Of a stretch of DNA of 48,110 bases, positions 1 to 12,204 are shown piece by piece. How positions within the stretch are numbered: the first letter of the stretch is position 1; every line of letters starts with the position of its first letter. Source of the DNA: Octopus sinensis (taxonomy: Eukaryota). The notes beneath the pieces were generated by a model, which ran no database searches, was not told where the DNA came from, and saw only the letters and a list, made by a program, of their open reading frames with translations. The DNA is taken from positions 1 to 48,110 of the forward strand of contig NW_021834458.1 of assembly GCF_006345805.1 (NCBI RefSeq). Reading direction: 5' to 3'. Position numbers and translations under genes: made by a program.

Positions 1-790
1 CTTTCGAAAGTTTTCTTGACTGCTTGTACTACTTTTGTGTCGTCGGCGTAGCTAGTAAATGTGGTTGTCCGTGTAACTGATGGCGTGTGTTTAGAAGAAT
101 TGCCAGGAAAGCATCAGTGACTGTGGTTGAGTTTTAAGTTCATTTCATCAATAGCTGATATTACATCAGTTTCCTTTATTATGATGCAATTAATAATTGC
201 CATCTCTTTGTCTAGATCTTTGGTACTAATGAACACATTTGGCATAACTCTTTGCTAGTGTCCAAACGGAGTTGTAAAAACAGATTTCTAATGCACATTC
301 ATTATTTCACACATCCTCTTTGGGGTATCTGCAGTCAGTTAACCATTTTCGCTGAACAATGATTCTATCTTGTCCTCTACTGAAGCGGACCCTTTTACAG
401 ATATGTAGGAGGCTTTAGAGTTTGTTTTTACATCTTTTACAGTTCTGGCTTTCTTATCTACCCTCTCGTTTTCATGCGAGTGTTTGAGTTCACTTTCAGT
501 CTCAAGGAATATTTGTTGAGATAGAATTCTTCAGTATCATTTAGAAGCTAATTTAGACGGTTTGAGATCTTTCCTCATCGTCTTATTTGAATCTTCTGAC
601 CCCTAGCAAATTATGTTTTCTATCGGTTTGACGTTCTCTCAGGAGGAAACTTTCTGCATATGTCATGGATAAATGTCATAAATTTCTATAGATTTATGCT
701 AGTATCTAACTGGATTTCTCTTATTGCCAATCCTGACATGCAGGGTCTTGACTTCATCGAAGGATTCAGAGTTTAAGTTTAAATCCTTTT
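1..790 (-). mobile_element. Degenerate CR1/L2-like LINE ORF2 fragment (EN-RT linker plus YADD region), internally deleted
   Basis: Minus-strand translation gives FTSYADDTKVVQAV (YADD at 39-50). Upstream pieces include IKETDVISAIDEMNL..TDAFLAILLK, KSVFTTP and FMTFIHDICRKFPPER, all typical of LINE ORF2. Multiple stops and frameshifts; runs off the window start. Confidence 0.85.
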
Positions 791-1099
791 GAGCACTTAT
801 ACATTTTCTATACTGAACATACTCAGATCTTAACTATGTCCGTAATTATATATACAAATATGCACATATATGTCTTCGTGTGCTTGTGTGTTTGAGAAAA
901 ATGTCTTAAAAAATATAACCCGTCTTCATCATATGCACAAACACATGCAACCATAAACATATATCCATAGACTCGCTCTTTCGTCCTATAACATACACGT
1001 TTACGGAATTTGCAGTATATGTTATGAGTTAGCCTCTTTTCATCTTCCTCTTTTTATCGGTAGGGTCAATACTTTTGAAAGTACTTTCTTGTGCGCGGT

Positions 1100-2125
<1,026 letters not shown>

Positions 2126-3115
2126 TGAGAGGGAGAGAGAGCGAATGAAAGGTAGAGTGAGTGAGTGAGTGGGAAATAAATGCCTACATACATGTGCACA
2201 CGCGACAAAAATCTGTTTTCAAAGAGTTGCCTTGTGGCGCCATCTACTCTCTTTAAGCCGAACCAAAACAACAACATTAACAACAATGAACACAACAACT
2301 ACAGCTAATACATTAAGAAATAAAAGTAAAAAGCGAAAAAAAAAATGTAGGGCTAAAAAAGCTGGATAAAGGAAGGTAACTTGTAAGCTTTTAGCTTGTT
2401 TATTACAAAGATCTGTGCTTTATGGACCGTTTTGTCTTTCTGCTTGCAACTAAAGCCAGCTTTATTTAGAGTCTCTTTCAATTAATTTCTAATTAGTTTT
2501 TACTATTTCCTGCCTAACTCTTTAATATCAAACCACTTTCTGCTCTCAGACTTTATTACGTGGCAATGGAATAATTTACCGTTCTCATATCGCCACAGAC
2601 TTTTTCGTGATATTGATTTCTCTTGCTTTTTGCCTGAAGGCCGCAAATGCTGATGATGAAAATTGGAATGTGTAGGCGATTTATGTCAAATAGAACATTA
2701 AAGGAGTACTGTAATTTGCTTGAAGCATTGCAATGTATAAATATTTTTTAAGAAAACTTTTAAGCCATGCAGGTGAGAAGTCAGGTGATATATATTATGA
2801 TGACAATGAATAAAAACAAAGTCATTGGATCACTCTACCTATTTTGCTTAATAATTCTATAATATTTCGGGGAAGATTCCCTTTATCAAATACAAGCTAT
2901 AATGTAATCTAAGAGTTTGGTGACTGCCGATGATACTTTTCTCCGAACTTTTGGCTTATATTTTTATCGTATATTTGATAATGAAAATCTTATTCGAAAT
3001 ACAATTGAAGCATTAGATAAATTATGTTGAGCCTGACATTATCTTGTCTTTGTTTTTATTGGCATCACGTTACGTATTTTGCTTAGATTTTCACCTGCAT
3101 TGCTTAGAGACATTC

Positions 3116-3117
<2 letters not shown>

Positions 3118-3156
<39 letters not shown>
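3118..3156. repeat. (AAT)n microsatellite
   Basis: Directly visible. Confidence 0.95.
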
Positions 3157-3158
<2 letters not shown>

Positions 3159-4399
3159 GGAGTCTTATATTTAATACATTATTGTTTATCAGGTATGAAT
3201 GACTAAAATCCAAAGTCGACCTCCTTAAGTTTTGAACATAATATTTAATATATATACTTAAATATAACAATGTAGATTTGTTTCAAACCTTTCGTCATCT
3301 TTTTTCTTTATGTATGTACACCACTTTGTTTTAGTGCCACAGCGCAATCATGACGAACGGTTGAGAATTTGTTTTTATTATTAGTTTCTAATTATGAACC
3401 CGTCGCATGCAACTATGCGCAAGTATCTTCTGCCACGAAATCGGAGTGAACAAAAGTCTGGACAGACGATAGTACTGCCTTCTCACGCTGATTCTTCTTG
3501 AGCAGGCTTAATGTACCCGAGAAAGCTTTATCCGATAGGTCCCCAAGTATGTCTTTTATTTACAAAAACAACTGTGGGTTGTGCTATGCACCTCGACTTG
3601 CTCCCCGTGGTAGCTAGATATAATAGCTATCTAAGTGACAACAATGAGGCCCCGTTGTAGGATAGAGGTAAATTATTCGACGTGGTACCAACAAAGATGA
3701 AAATATGGGTTTTAAAACGAACCATTCTTCGAACTGATTATCTAGTCTATTTATTTGATTAAATCAATTGCACTTTTGACTAACTTGAATCCTCATATTA
3801 AAATATTTGTATGAAATAATTCATGTTTATTTAGAACTATTAGTTGCTATTTTACTCCAGGTCGTCTCTGATGCAGTAGAGCTCTGATCAATGGGCTTCA
3901 ATAATTCATCATTTTTGTTTACGTACTGTTATTATTCGGTGTCACGATATTTTTTGTGTTCCGCTTTTACAAAATTCCTGACGTCAAATCGCGATTGAAT
4001 TGGCCATGGTCATTATGCCAACGGAATGGTCGTTATGCCAACAATAAAGACACGCACTGGTTCTATTTCACTTCTCTTATTACTATTACTCAAGTAATTA
4101 CTCATTTAACCAATTAAATACTAGACTGTTTGATTAATTAATCGTTCGATCAGTCAGTCAATCAGCTAGGTTGTGGAGTAGCGAGGGCTCGTCCTTGAGG
4201 AAGACACGAATAGCAACGAAAAGACTTCCATAAGACTTGTTTGACTCACTGTGCGATTAATCAAACAATCAATTAGTTCATTAGTTAAACAGCTAATGAA
4301 TTGTTGACAAATGAAAAAAAAATAAAGAAGTGAAATAGACCTAGTGCATGTGTTTATGATTGACATAATGACTCTAAATTTACAAAATATACCCTATTG

Positions 4400-4640
4400 T
4401 TCTGTTGTGTCTGGGGAGAGTCATTTTCTTTTAGTGCCTTATAATGTAACACACTCACCGGTAAAATTTCCACTCATTTCTTATTTTTAATAAAATTTTT
4501 AAAAAAAGAAGAGAGAAGTGGAAATTTTACCGGCGAGTGTGTTACGTTATAAGGCACAAAAAGAAAATGACTCTCCCCAGACACAACAGAATATGCTTCA
4601 ACACACAAACTCATATAAAGAATCTTGCAAACCAAATCCA
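4400..4640. mobile_element. Foldback repeat family F (inverted duplication 4400-4591 plus shared 3' module)
   Basis: Arms ttctgttgtgtctggggagagtcattttc...ccggtaaaatttccac and gtggaaattttaccgg...ctctccccagacacaacagaa. A homologous copy lies at 21734-21961. Confidence 0.85.
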
Positions 4641-6230
4641 AAAGCGAAATATCCTATTGTTATTTTCGAATTCCTACCTGTTTATGTTGTATGCTATGAC
4701 GCTCTTCTTAATTTTTCCTTTTCTCTTCTGACTTCTACGCTGACGTGTGTCTTTTTTTTAATCAATCACAATTAGTTCCCGTTTATATACAAATTTTTTC
4801 TGGACATATTGAGAATCTTCTGATTGTATTGCTACTTCTTTGCTATTTAGTATCACTGGGAAACTATGGCAACTTTGGTCGGGTGGATTTACGTGTCCAG
4901 TCCCTCTGAATCATATCTATTATCCAAAATAACGACAATTTCTCTGTTTCTCCAATCTCATTTATTTTGATATATTTTGGTGCAAAGTAAAGCATTTTTC
5001 AATAATTTGCTATATTTTTCAATTACGAAAACATTTCTTTATTATTTTAACACGTATTTTGGTTTATGTTCTTAATAAAATTATTGTTGTCTTATGAATA
5101 TTTCGTCATGTTCTTGTCATATTCTTGTTGCTTTTGACATTTGAGGGGTGTGACACGTTCATCTTTCTTACTCGTTTCATTTTGTTCTCTCCTTGAAACA
5201 AACATTGTATCTCAGTTTATTTAATCAAACCCCCCAAAACACCAAAGATTTTGGACTTGAAGTCAAACGTGGAAAATAAAAACACAATATAAAACTTAAG
5301 AATATGAATAAATATATACAAAATTTTGTCGAGACTTACACATGACTTTTGTTATATACTACAAGCTAAAGTAAATTGATAGTCTGAAAATTAGAGAGAC
5401 AAACATAAATTAAAAATACATAAAAAAAAATGTGTTGACTTTAACTGAAATAGTTTCTCTGTGTTCAAACTTGTACAACACTACTTTACAATTATAATAC
5501 TGACAAAAATATAACAAAAATATTTTGATTCAGAGGTCGCGACAGAGAGATTAACATACATTTTCTTTTATAAATATAGATAACAATTCACATGATTTTA
5601 TCTTTAGAAAAGTATCTAAGTGCTCCAAGGAACATAATGTAATTTTGATAACATCAGTTTTTAAGAAAATTTGGTTAAAAATATCTTGAATAGAAATTAC
5701 CAAATAACAGCAAATCTCATTATTCCTCAGAAAAAAATAAGTTGGAAATAATAAGAATTATCTCAACGTTTCCATTTTCCTGAGTGGTGACATCGTCCAC
5801 AGACATCTGACTCTGAAGAACGCGGAGAGAGATGGCGAAGTTAGAAAAACATGACACCAATTAGCAAACTAGGTTGTGGAGTAGCGAGGGCTCGTCCTTG
5901 AGAAACTGTTGTCATAGCATTGCGATGCAAAGCACCGACGCAAAGTACAGAGGAATGAACTCGACATTGCCCACATTTGCTCAAGTCTCCTGGCATTCCT
6001 TGAGCTACCAGTGGAATGACGGACACAATAGTATGACAGAATTAGTCATGCGTCCTTCTGTAATGGTATCGAATCTTGCGGAGGTTGACTTTAACTTTAG
6101 TCTTTCCTCACGTGTTGAGATAGAGAAAGAAAGGAGATAGAGAGAAGGAGAGATAGATAGAAAGTGAGTGTGTGCGTGCGTGTATGTATACTTATGTACA
6201 TGCACATATATTTGTATGTATATATATATA

Positions 6231-6462
6231 TATTTCTTTACTACCCACAAGGGGCTAAACATAGAGAGGACAAACAAGGACGAACAAAGGAATTAAGTCG
6301 ATTACATCGTCCCCATTGCGTAACTGGTACTTAATTTATCGACCCCGAAAGGATGAAAGGTAAAGTCGACTTCGGCGGAATTTGAACTGAGAACGTAACG
6401 GCAGACGAAATACGGCTATGCATTTCGCCCGGCGTGCTAACGTTTCTGCCAGCTCGCAGCCT
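6231..6462 (-). mobile_element. SINE family A (ggcgagctggcagaaacgttagcacgccgggcgaaatgc head), full length
   Basis: Reverse complement of the copies at 17140, 28394 and 43768. Confidence 0.92.
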
Positions 6463-6745
6463 TCAGAATTTGTATCTGTATGTATATGTAGGTGAGTCGT
6501 TAGTGCGTTCACAGCCAAATTGCGTCTGCAGGACGCATGCGTTGTATGGGACGCTCAAAATAGAACGATAAGGAAAAATTCAGCTGAAATTTATTGTAGT
6601 GTGGTTCGCCTGAAGATGAACAATGTCGCATGCAGCTTGGTTCAAGAAAAAGTTTGCTTGTTCATACATACGCTAGAGCGACGAACACAATGACTCGCAG
6701 ATTATGTATATACTTATATATTGTGATGTATTTTATTCCTGCTCA

Positions 6746-6942
6746 TGACCTCGTGTGTACCGTTGGCGATTTTTTTCCTCTGTCTTCTCTTCTCTGGATC
6801 TTTCCTTCTATGTTTCCGACGAAGAGCTCCGCTCGAAACGTTAAACCCTCCTTCTTTCCTTCTTTCCTGAGCGTCCAATAATACTATATTTGTTCCACGT
6901 CCTCGCGTTGTTGTTTTTTTTTGTTTTCTTGTTTGGATTAAC
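6746..6942 (+). mobile_element. About 196-bp repeat family E carrying a hammerhead motif (probable Penelope-like pLTR)
   Basis: A second copy with the same boundaries lies on the opposite strand at 37813-38008. Both end against (TA)n. Confidence 0.8.
6812..6846 (+). ncRNA. Minimal type I hammerhead ribozyme motif (CCGACGA core)
   Basis: gttt-CCGACGA-a-gagc(tcc)gctc-GAAA-c-g-U-U-aaac. Stem I gttt/aaac, stem II 4 bp, palindromic stem III AACGUU. Confidence 0.7.
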
Positions 6943-6964
6943 TATATATATATATATAATATAT

Positions 6965-7312
6965 ATATTGATTATTCCTTACATCAATATGTACTTACTT
7001 GCGACAATGTAACCTTTAATCTTATCAATATATCCTTGGTCTGAAGAGTAGCCGGTGGTAAACACCTCACTTGGATATTACCACTGCCAAGTTTCCGCTC
7101 GCTCGCTATGAAACATATGTAACTCGGATTTTTCTTACTTTATTCCGTAACTCTTGTATTCTTATTCGCACACTCGGCATCCCTGGTCGCATACCTTGGA
7201 AAATAAAAGAGTCTTTTTTCAGCTTATTCTTCTTCGATACAAAAAAGATCCATCCGACTCAATAAACCACTATTGTCCCTGGAGGTTTTTTGTTATATAT
7301 ATATATTATTAC
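6965..7312 (+). mobile_element. Repeat carrying a hammerhead with a long stem II insertion (probable pLTR, family G)
   Basis: Bounded by TA microsatellites and contains the motif at 7034-7127. Single copy in this window, so the family status is inferred. Confidence 0.5.
7034..7127 (+). ncRNA. Type I hammerhead ribozyme motif with extended stem II
   Basis: ccttggt-CUGAAGA(7041-7047)-gtagc...gctat-GAAA(7110-7113)-c(atat)g-UA-actcgg. Internal hairpin cggtggtaa/ttaccactg. Confidence 0.72.
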
Positions 7313-7477
7313 TTGGATTGCTTGACGCTAACTTTCATCCTACACCTTGCTGCAGAAACACGTATAGCTACTGACACGAAAAGATACGATGTACTTATAA
7401 TAAAAGCATACGATAAAACCTGGATATATGATAAAACCTGGCTAAATCTCTGTTCACCTAATTTTTATTAATGTATG

Positions 7478-7479
<2 letters not shown>

Positions 7480-7520
<41 letters not shown>

Positions 7521-7737
7521 AAATGTATGTATGTATGCATGTATGTATGTATGTGTGTATATATTTGAGCCTTTATCTATGTATTCCTGTGTATTTGTTG
7601 TATATGAATCTAAATATAATTAACTTGTTGGTCTACTGTTGACGTTTATGTCACTAATATATGCATTTACAATCTAGGATTCCATTTATAACCTAGGATT
7701 CTGTGCTACAATATATATATATAAGTATATATATATA

Positions 7738-7768
<31 letters not shown>

Positions 7769-8312
7769 TCTCGTGTATAGGTATGTATGTATATATTAAT
7801 GTAAATACGTGTGTGTGTTTGAGCGCGTGCGAGCGTGTGTGGTGTGTGTGTATGTGGCATCTATAGAATCACAGCATGTAATATCAGGACCACCCATCTC
7901 ACACTCTAAATAGGTCACCGTTCCAATGGAGTGCAGTAGTGACAGAATATAGTCAAATATGATACTAATTTCTTTTACTTAATAAACTTCATCTCAAAAC
8001 ACAAAATATTATAAGTATCCCGGGGATGTAGATACGGGAGGTAGTTTCTATCAGTTTGCGAACGAGAGTCTTATACACAGATTACATATATGCGTGTGTG
8101 TATACATACACATGCATCTCTCACCTCTCTCTCTCTTTCTCTCTCTCTCTCTATATATATATATGATATGTGTGTGTGTGTGTGTGTGTGAATGTATGTA
8201 TGTATATATATATATATATATATATACATATATATACATATATTATATATATATACACACATACATACATATGTATACATATATGTGTGGGTGTGTGAGT
8301 ACATATATATAC

Positions 8313-8395
<83 letters not shown>

Positions 8396-8400
8396 TATAT
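7480..8400. repeat. Compound (TA)n/(TATG)n/(TG)n/(CT)n microsatellites interspersed with unique sequence
   Basis: Directly visible. Confidence 0.9.
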
Positions 8401-8743
8401 GAAAATGTACTGTTTGCGATGGTTAAATTGACGTAATTTTGTATTTTTTATTTCGCGCATGCGCATTGTTTGTTTTTGATTTTTCGTCAAATGGGCGCCG
8501 TCTGTGAGATAAACAGTACCATGACGCAATTCATTTGGCCAGAATGATGACTTTATTATATAAATTTACTCCTTAGTATTTCAAGATATTTTTTATGTAA
8601 TTTGGTGAATATAAATTGTTAAAATGAGATGTCGGTGTTATTTTCATCTTCGTGTAATTTAGACGACAATATATTCACAGCATCCTGAATATATACATGC
8701 ATATACATACATATACAGATACACATATATACTACATGCTATA

Positions 8744-8840
8744 TCTAATACATAAACAACAATTTCTCTCGGTCTGTCTGTTACCATCTTAGTGCCTTAG
8801 CCAGAAGACCAATATTCACGAAATTTTGCATACATGTTAC
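8744..8840 (+). mobile_element. Possible 5' end of a non-autonomous Helitron
   Basis: A|TCtaatacataaac...ctgtctgt...ttcacgaaattttgca resembles Helitron 5' subterminal sequence. No 3' CTAG hairpin found. Confidence 0.4.
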
Positions 8841-9544
8841 ACTAACATACATTTCGATAATAAGCTAATTGCATTTCAATAAAAATCTATAGTATCTACC
8901 TAAGGGCGTTAGGAGTATTATATGGTAAAATGAGAAGGCTGCAAAAACGTATTAGTCCGAGGGAAAGCTGGAAGCAGAGAGAGGGTGACTTATATCAGTG
9001 AAGGCGAGAACATCGGTGGCAATGAGGTTTAACGTTAATACAGCTGTCATATATACGCGACGCTGCCTACATACTTTCGTAAATACGTAGATAAAACACA
9101 CACAGATACATACACACACAGTCATACACAAACACACACACACGCAAGCACACACACACACACAGAGAAAGATAGGGGTGAGGAATACGTAGTTTTGAGG
9201 AGAGAGGGAGTAGGTGGCTTTTCTGCTGTCCATCGCAAAGAAAACTCACACACAGACACACACATAATTTTATATACATACATACGCATTCTACTATACA
9301 CCATTTTAAACTCGTAATTACCTGCGTGTACGTTTGTAAATGTCTGTCTATGTGTGAGTGTGTGTGTATGTGTGTTTATGTGTGTCTGTGTGTGACGTCC
9401 TATAACTGCCTTTCGCTCTACTTCTGTAGGATCTTCCTTGTTGCTGTTACATATGGAGTGATTTTAAAATTACGTCAAAATTTTCAAATTTAGTATATTG
9501 AAATAATTTTCAACGTTACATCCGATTTTGTTATTTATTTGTTC

Positions 9545-9860
9545 CAGTCGAAGACCTTCTGCGATTCGCTCTTAATCTCGACAATAGTGTTAAAACGGAA
9601 ACCTTTGAGATGTATTTTCCTCACGGGGGAACAGATGGAATTCCGCAGGTCCTAAACCTGGCGAATAGGACGGGTGCAGAATTGATACCATGTTGTTTTG
9701 GACGGGAAGCTCAAGCGTGAGGAGTGCTCGTTGTCAGGGTGCATTTTTGTTGTATAGAATACAATTCTTCATGCTCCGCAGATCTGGTCACTTTCACTGA
9801 ATGTCCAACATGAAATGCTTCAAAACGTCGTTGATTGTCCTCATGCACAAGCTGAGGACA
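9545..9860 (-). mobile_element. Mariner transposase remnant (second half of the catalytic domain)
   Basis: Minus-strand frames give ...PDLRSMKNCIL..., QNNMVSILHPSYSPGLGPAEFHLFP and KIHLKGFRFNTIVEIKSESQKVFD, matching HPPYSPDLAPxDFxLFP. Confidence 0.85.
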
Positions 9861-10796
9861 TGGCATCATACATACATACGTATGTATGTATGTATGTATG
9901 TATGTATGTATGTATGTATGTATGTATGTATGTATTTGTGTGCGCACGTGTGGACGTGGAAGTGTGCTGGTGCATTTTCTGCAAATGGTTAAACAGTTCA
10001 AATCCCGGGCAATTCCATCTTAATAGCGACCGTCAATGAAATGAGAAGATAATTTTTAGCCATAAACAATTTTCTCACAACATTGGATTGGATTGAATTT
10101 CCTAAGTTCAGTGCACTTAGCGTATTCTCTCCACCAAATGCGGTCTGATGTGAAGACCATGAATTAGAGTTCCAAATCATACTGGTTTGGTGAGCCTACT
10201 CTTCCACACCGACACTTCTCGGCTGAGAGGTGCCATTTTTATGCTCATACCCGAGAGTAGTTAAGTCGATTACGTTCAACCTGAGTATCTGATATTTGCG
10301 CGACTTGAAGAACTATTTAAAAATACTTTCGATTTGTTTGAGCAAAACTGGTAGAATTAAATATAAATAAATGTGAAATACGGAGCAGTCTTACAAAGAT
10401 AACATCCTTTTTCTCGTAACATCTAAATAAATGGCGTTTCTTTCTTTTTTTTTTACAATCCTTCAAATTATGTCCCCTTTCCTGAAATTTACCAGCGATT
10501 AGCAGAGGCAAATACCCTGAAACTAGTCTAGGTGCCAGACGAGCAAGGGGAAGCGGCTGACCTCCACTGTTCGAAGGTTATAATGGACACAGGTTCGTGT
10601 GTCACATAACTAGCTAGAGGCGATGGCCTCTTGGAGCTAATCAACGGCAGCATTCGTCCTATTTTTCTGGACTGCCATGTTAGCTTGGCGATAACAATTA
10701 ATTTCTATTTCGTAGAGGGGAAATCTGAATTAAATGAGAAATGCACACACATGTACATGCAAACATGCAGACATGCATATTTATACATGTAGTTTG

Positions 10797-11003
10797 TTTT
10801 CAAAACTTTGGCACGAGGCCAGCATGTTCGGACCAGGAGGAATGTCGATTGCATCGACCACAATGCTCAACTGGTACTCGTTTTATCGACCTTGAAAGGT
10901 AGAGTCGACTTCCTCGGAATCTGAACTCAGAACGTAAAAACACAAGAAATGGTCCTAATAATTTTACCCCGACGCGCTAACGATTCTGCCAGCTCGCCAC
11001 CCT
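10797..11003 (-). mobile_element. SINE family A variant
   Basis: gctaacgattctgccagctcgcc head and gtcga...actggtact core. Confidence 0.85.
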
Positions 11004-11056
11004 AATATACGCATATATATATATAAGAAATAAATGAGTTTCATCCGGGTATAAAT

Positions 11057-11336
11057 AAGAAAATGATTTCTATGCCAATATGCTGATAACAGACTTTTAA
11101 ATCCTCAATTTCCATTTATTATTATATACCCACTACAGAAATACGTTGTGCTGAAATCGAGGCAAGCTAGCCAACAGAATGTTTTAAAAAAGTTCGTTAT
11201 TTCTATAAAACATTCTGTTGGCTAGCTTTCCTCGATTTCAGCACAACGTATTTCTGTAGTGGATACATAAATAATATGTGGAAATTGACGATTTAAAAAT
11301 CTGTTATCAGCATATTGGCATAGAAATAATTTTCTT
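11057..11336. repeat. Long imperfect palindrome (arms about 130 bp)
   Basis: aagaaaatgatttctatgccaatatgctgataacag...cagaatgtttt / aaaacattctg...ctgttatcagcatattggcatagaaataattttctt. Confidence 0.95.
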
Positions 11337-11448
11337 TTGCCCTTGTTCATAAGTTGTTTATAATTTTAACCCTTAAAGGTATTTTAATATGCTGTTACTT
11401 TTTCTTGATGAAATTTTTTCTGTAAAAAAAATTCATCCTATATTAATA

Positions 11449-11550
<102 letters not shown>

Positions 11551-11569
11551 CAGAGAGAGAGAGACAGAG

Positions 11570-11835
11570 AGAAAATAGTAAAAAGTGAAAAAACTACAGA
11601 AGGCTTGTTTTAAAAGGTTAAAAAATATATATTTGAGTCATTATGTCAGAAGAATGTTATCAATTTTTTTCATACAATGACATAGTTTTTGAAGAATGAC
11701 CGGTTTCGCGTTCAGCTTTTCAAAAAATTGTATGAAAAAAATTGATAACATTCTTCTGACATAATGACTCAAATATATATTTTTTAACCTTTTAAAACAA
11801 GCCTTCTGTAGTTTTTTCACTTTTTACTATTTTCT
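11570..11835. repeat. Long near-perfect palindrome (arms about 108 bp)
   Basis: agaaaatagtaaaaagtgaaaaaactacagaaggc...catacaat / attgtatg...gccttctgtagttttttcactttttactattttct. Confidence 0.95.
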
Positions 11836-11917
11836 ATATATTCAACCACTTACTTTCACACACCAACTTTCTCACCTATATATATATACTTTATTTAAAA
11901 GCAGCAGAAAATTCAAC

Positions 11918-11965
11918 AAAAACTGTTACGCTGAGTTTCACGTTCCCGTTCGTCGGACAGTTTTT
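11918..11965 (-). ncRNA. Type I hammerhead motif, minus-strand mirror copy
   Basis: aaaaactgt-CCGACGA-acg(ggaa)cgt-GAAA-ctcagcg-UA-acagttttt, with a 9-bp perfect stem I. Confidence 0.75.
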
Positions 11966-11978
11966 ACTAGATTCTAGC

Positions 11979-12026
11979 AAAAACTGTCCGACGAACGGGA
12001 ACGTGAAACTCAGAGTAACAGGTTTT
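11979..12026 (+). ncRNA. Type I hammerhead motif
   Basis: aaaaactgt-CCGACGA(11988-11994)-acg(ggaa)cgt-GAAA(12005-12008)-ctc(a)gag-UA-acaggtttt. Predicted GUA cleavage after 12017. Confidence 0.78.
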
Positions 12027-12204
12027 GTTGAATTTTCTGCTGCTTTTAAATAAAGCATATTACTCTACCACTGGTATTTGAATACTCTTTTTTCCACCTT
12101 GTTACACATTTATGTGTTTACTCCGGTATATATATATATATATAAATATATATGCACGCGTCATCACACGTATATATGTGTTTATGTAAGATCCTTTGTG
12201 GGTT

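Larger units (their letters stand above)
11889..12125 (+). mobile_element. Probable Penelope-like pLTR with an inverted 5' partial copy (palindrome 11889-12055)
   Basis: Arms 11889-11965 and 11979-12055. The right arm continues unpaired to about 12125. Each arm carries a hammerhead motif. Confidence 0.75.

Noticed and set aside
5869-5902. HDV-like ribozyme reading of the 34-bp repeat (gag-ccctcgcta-ctc)
   Set aside because: The P1 partner, P1.1 and P2 could not be found in either copy.
6610-6650. CUGAAGA-tgaac...gttca-a-GAAA
   Set aside because: No credible stem III, UH site or stem I.
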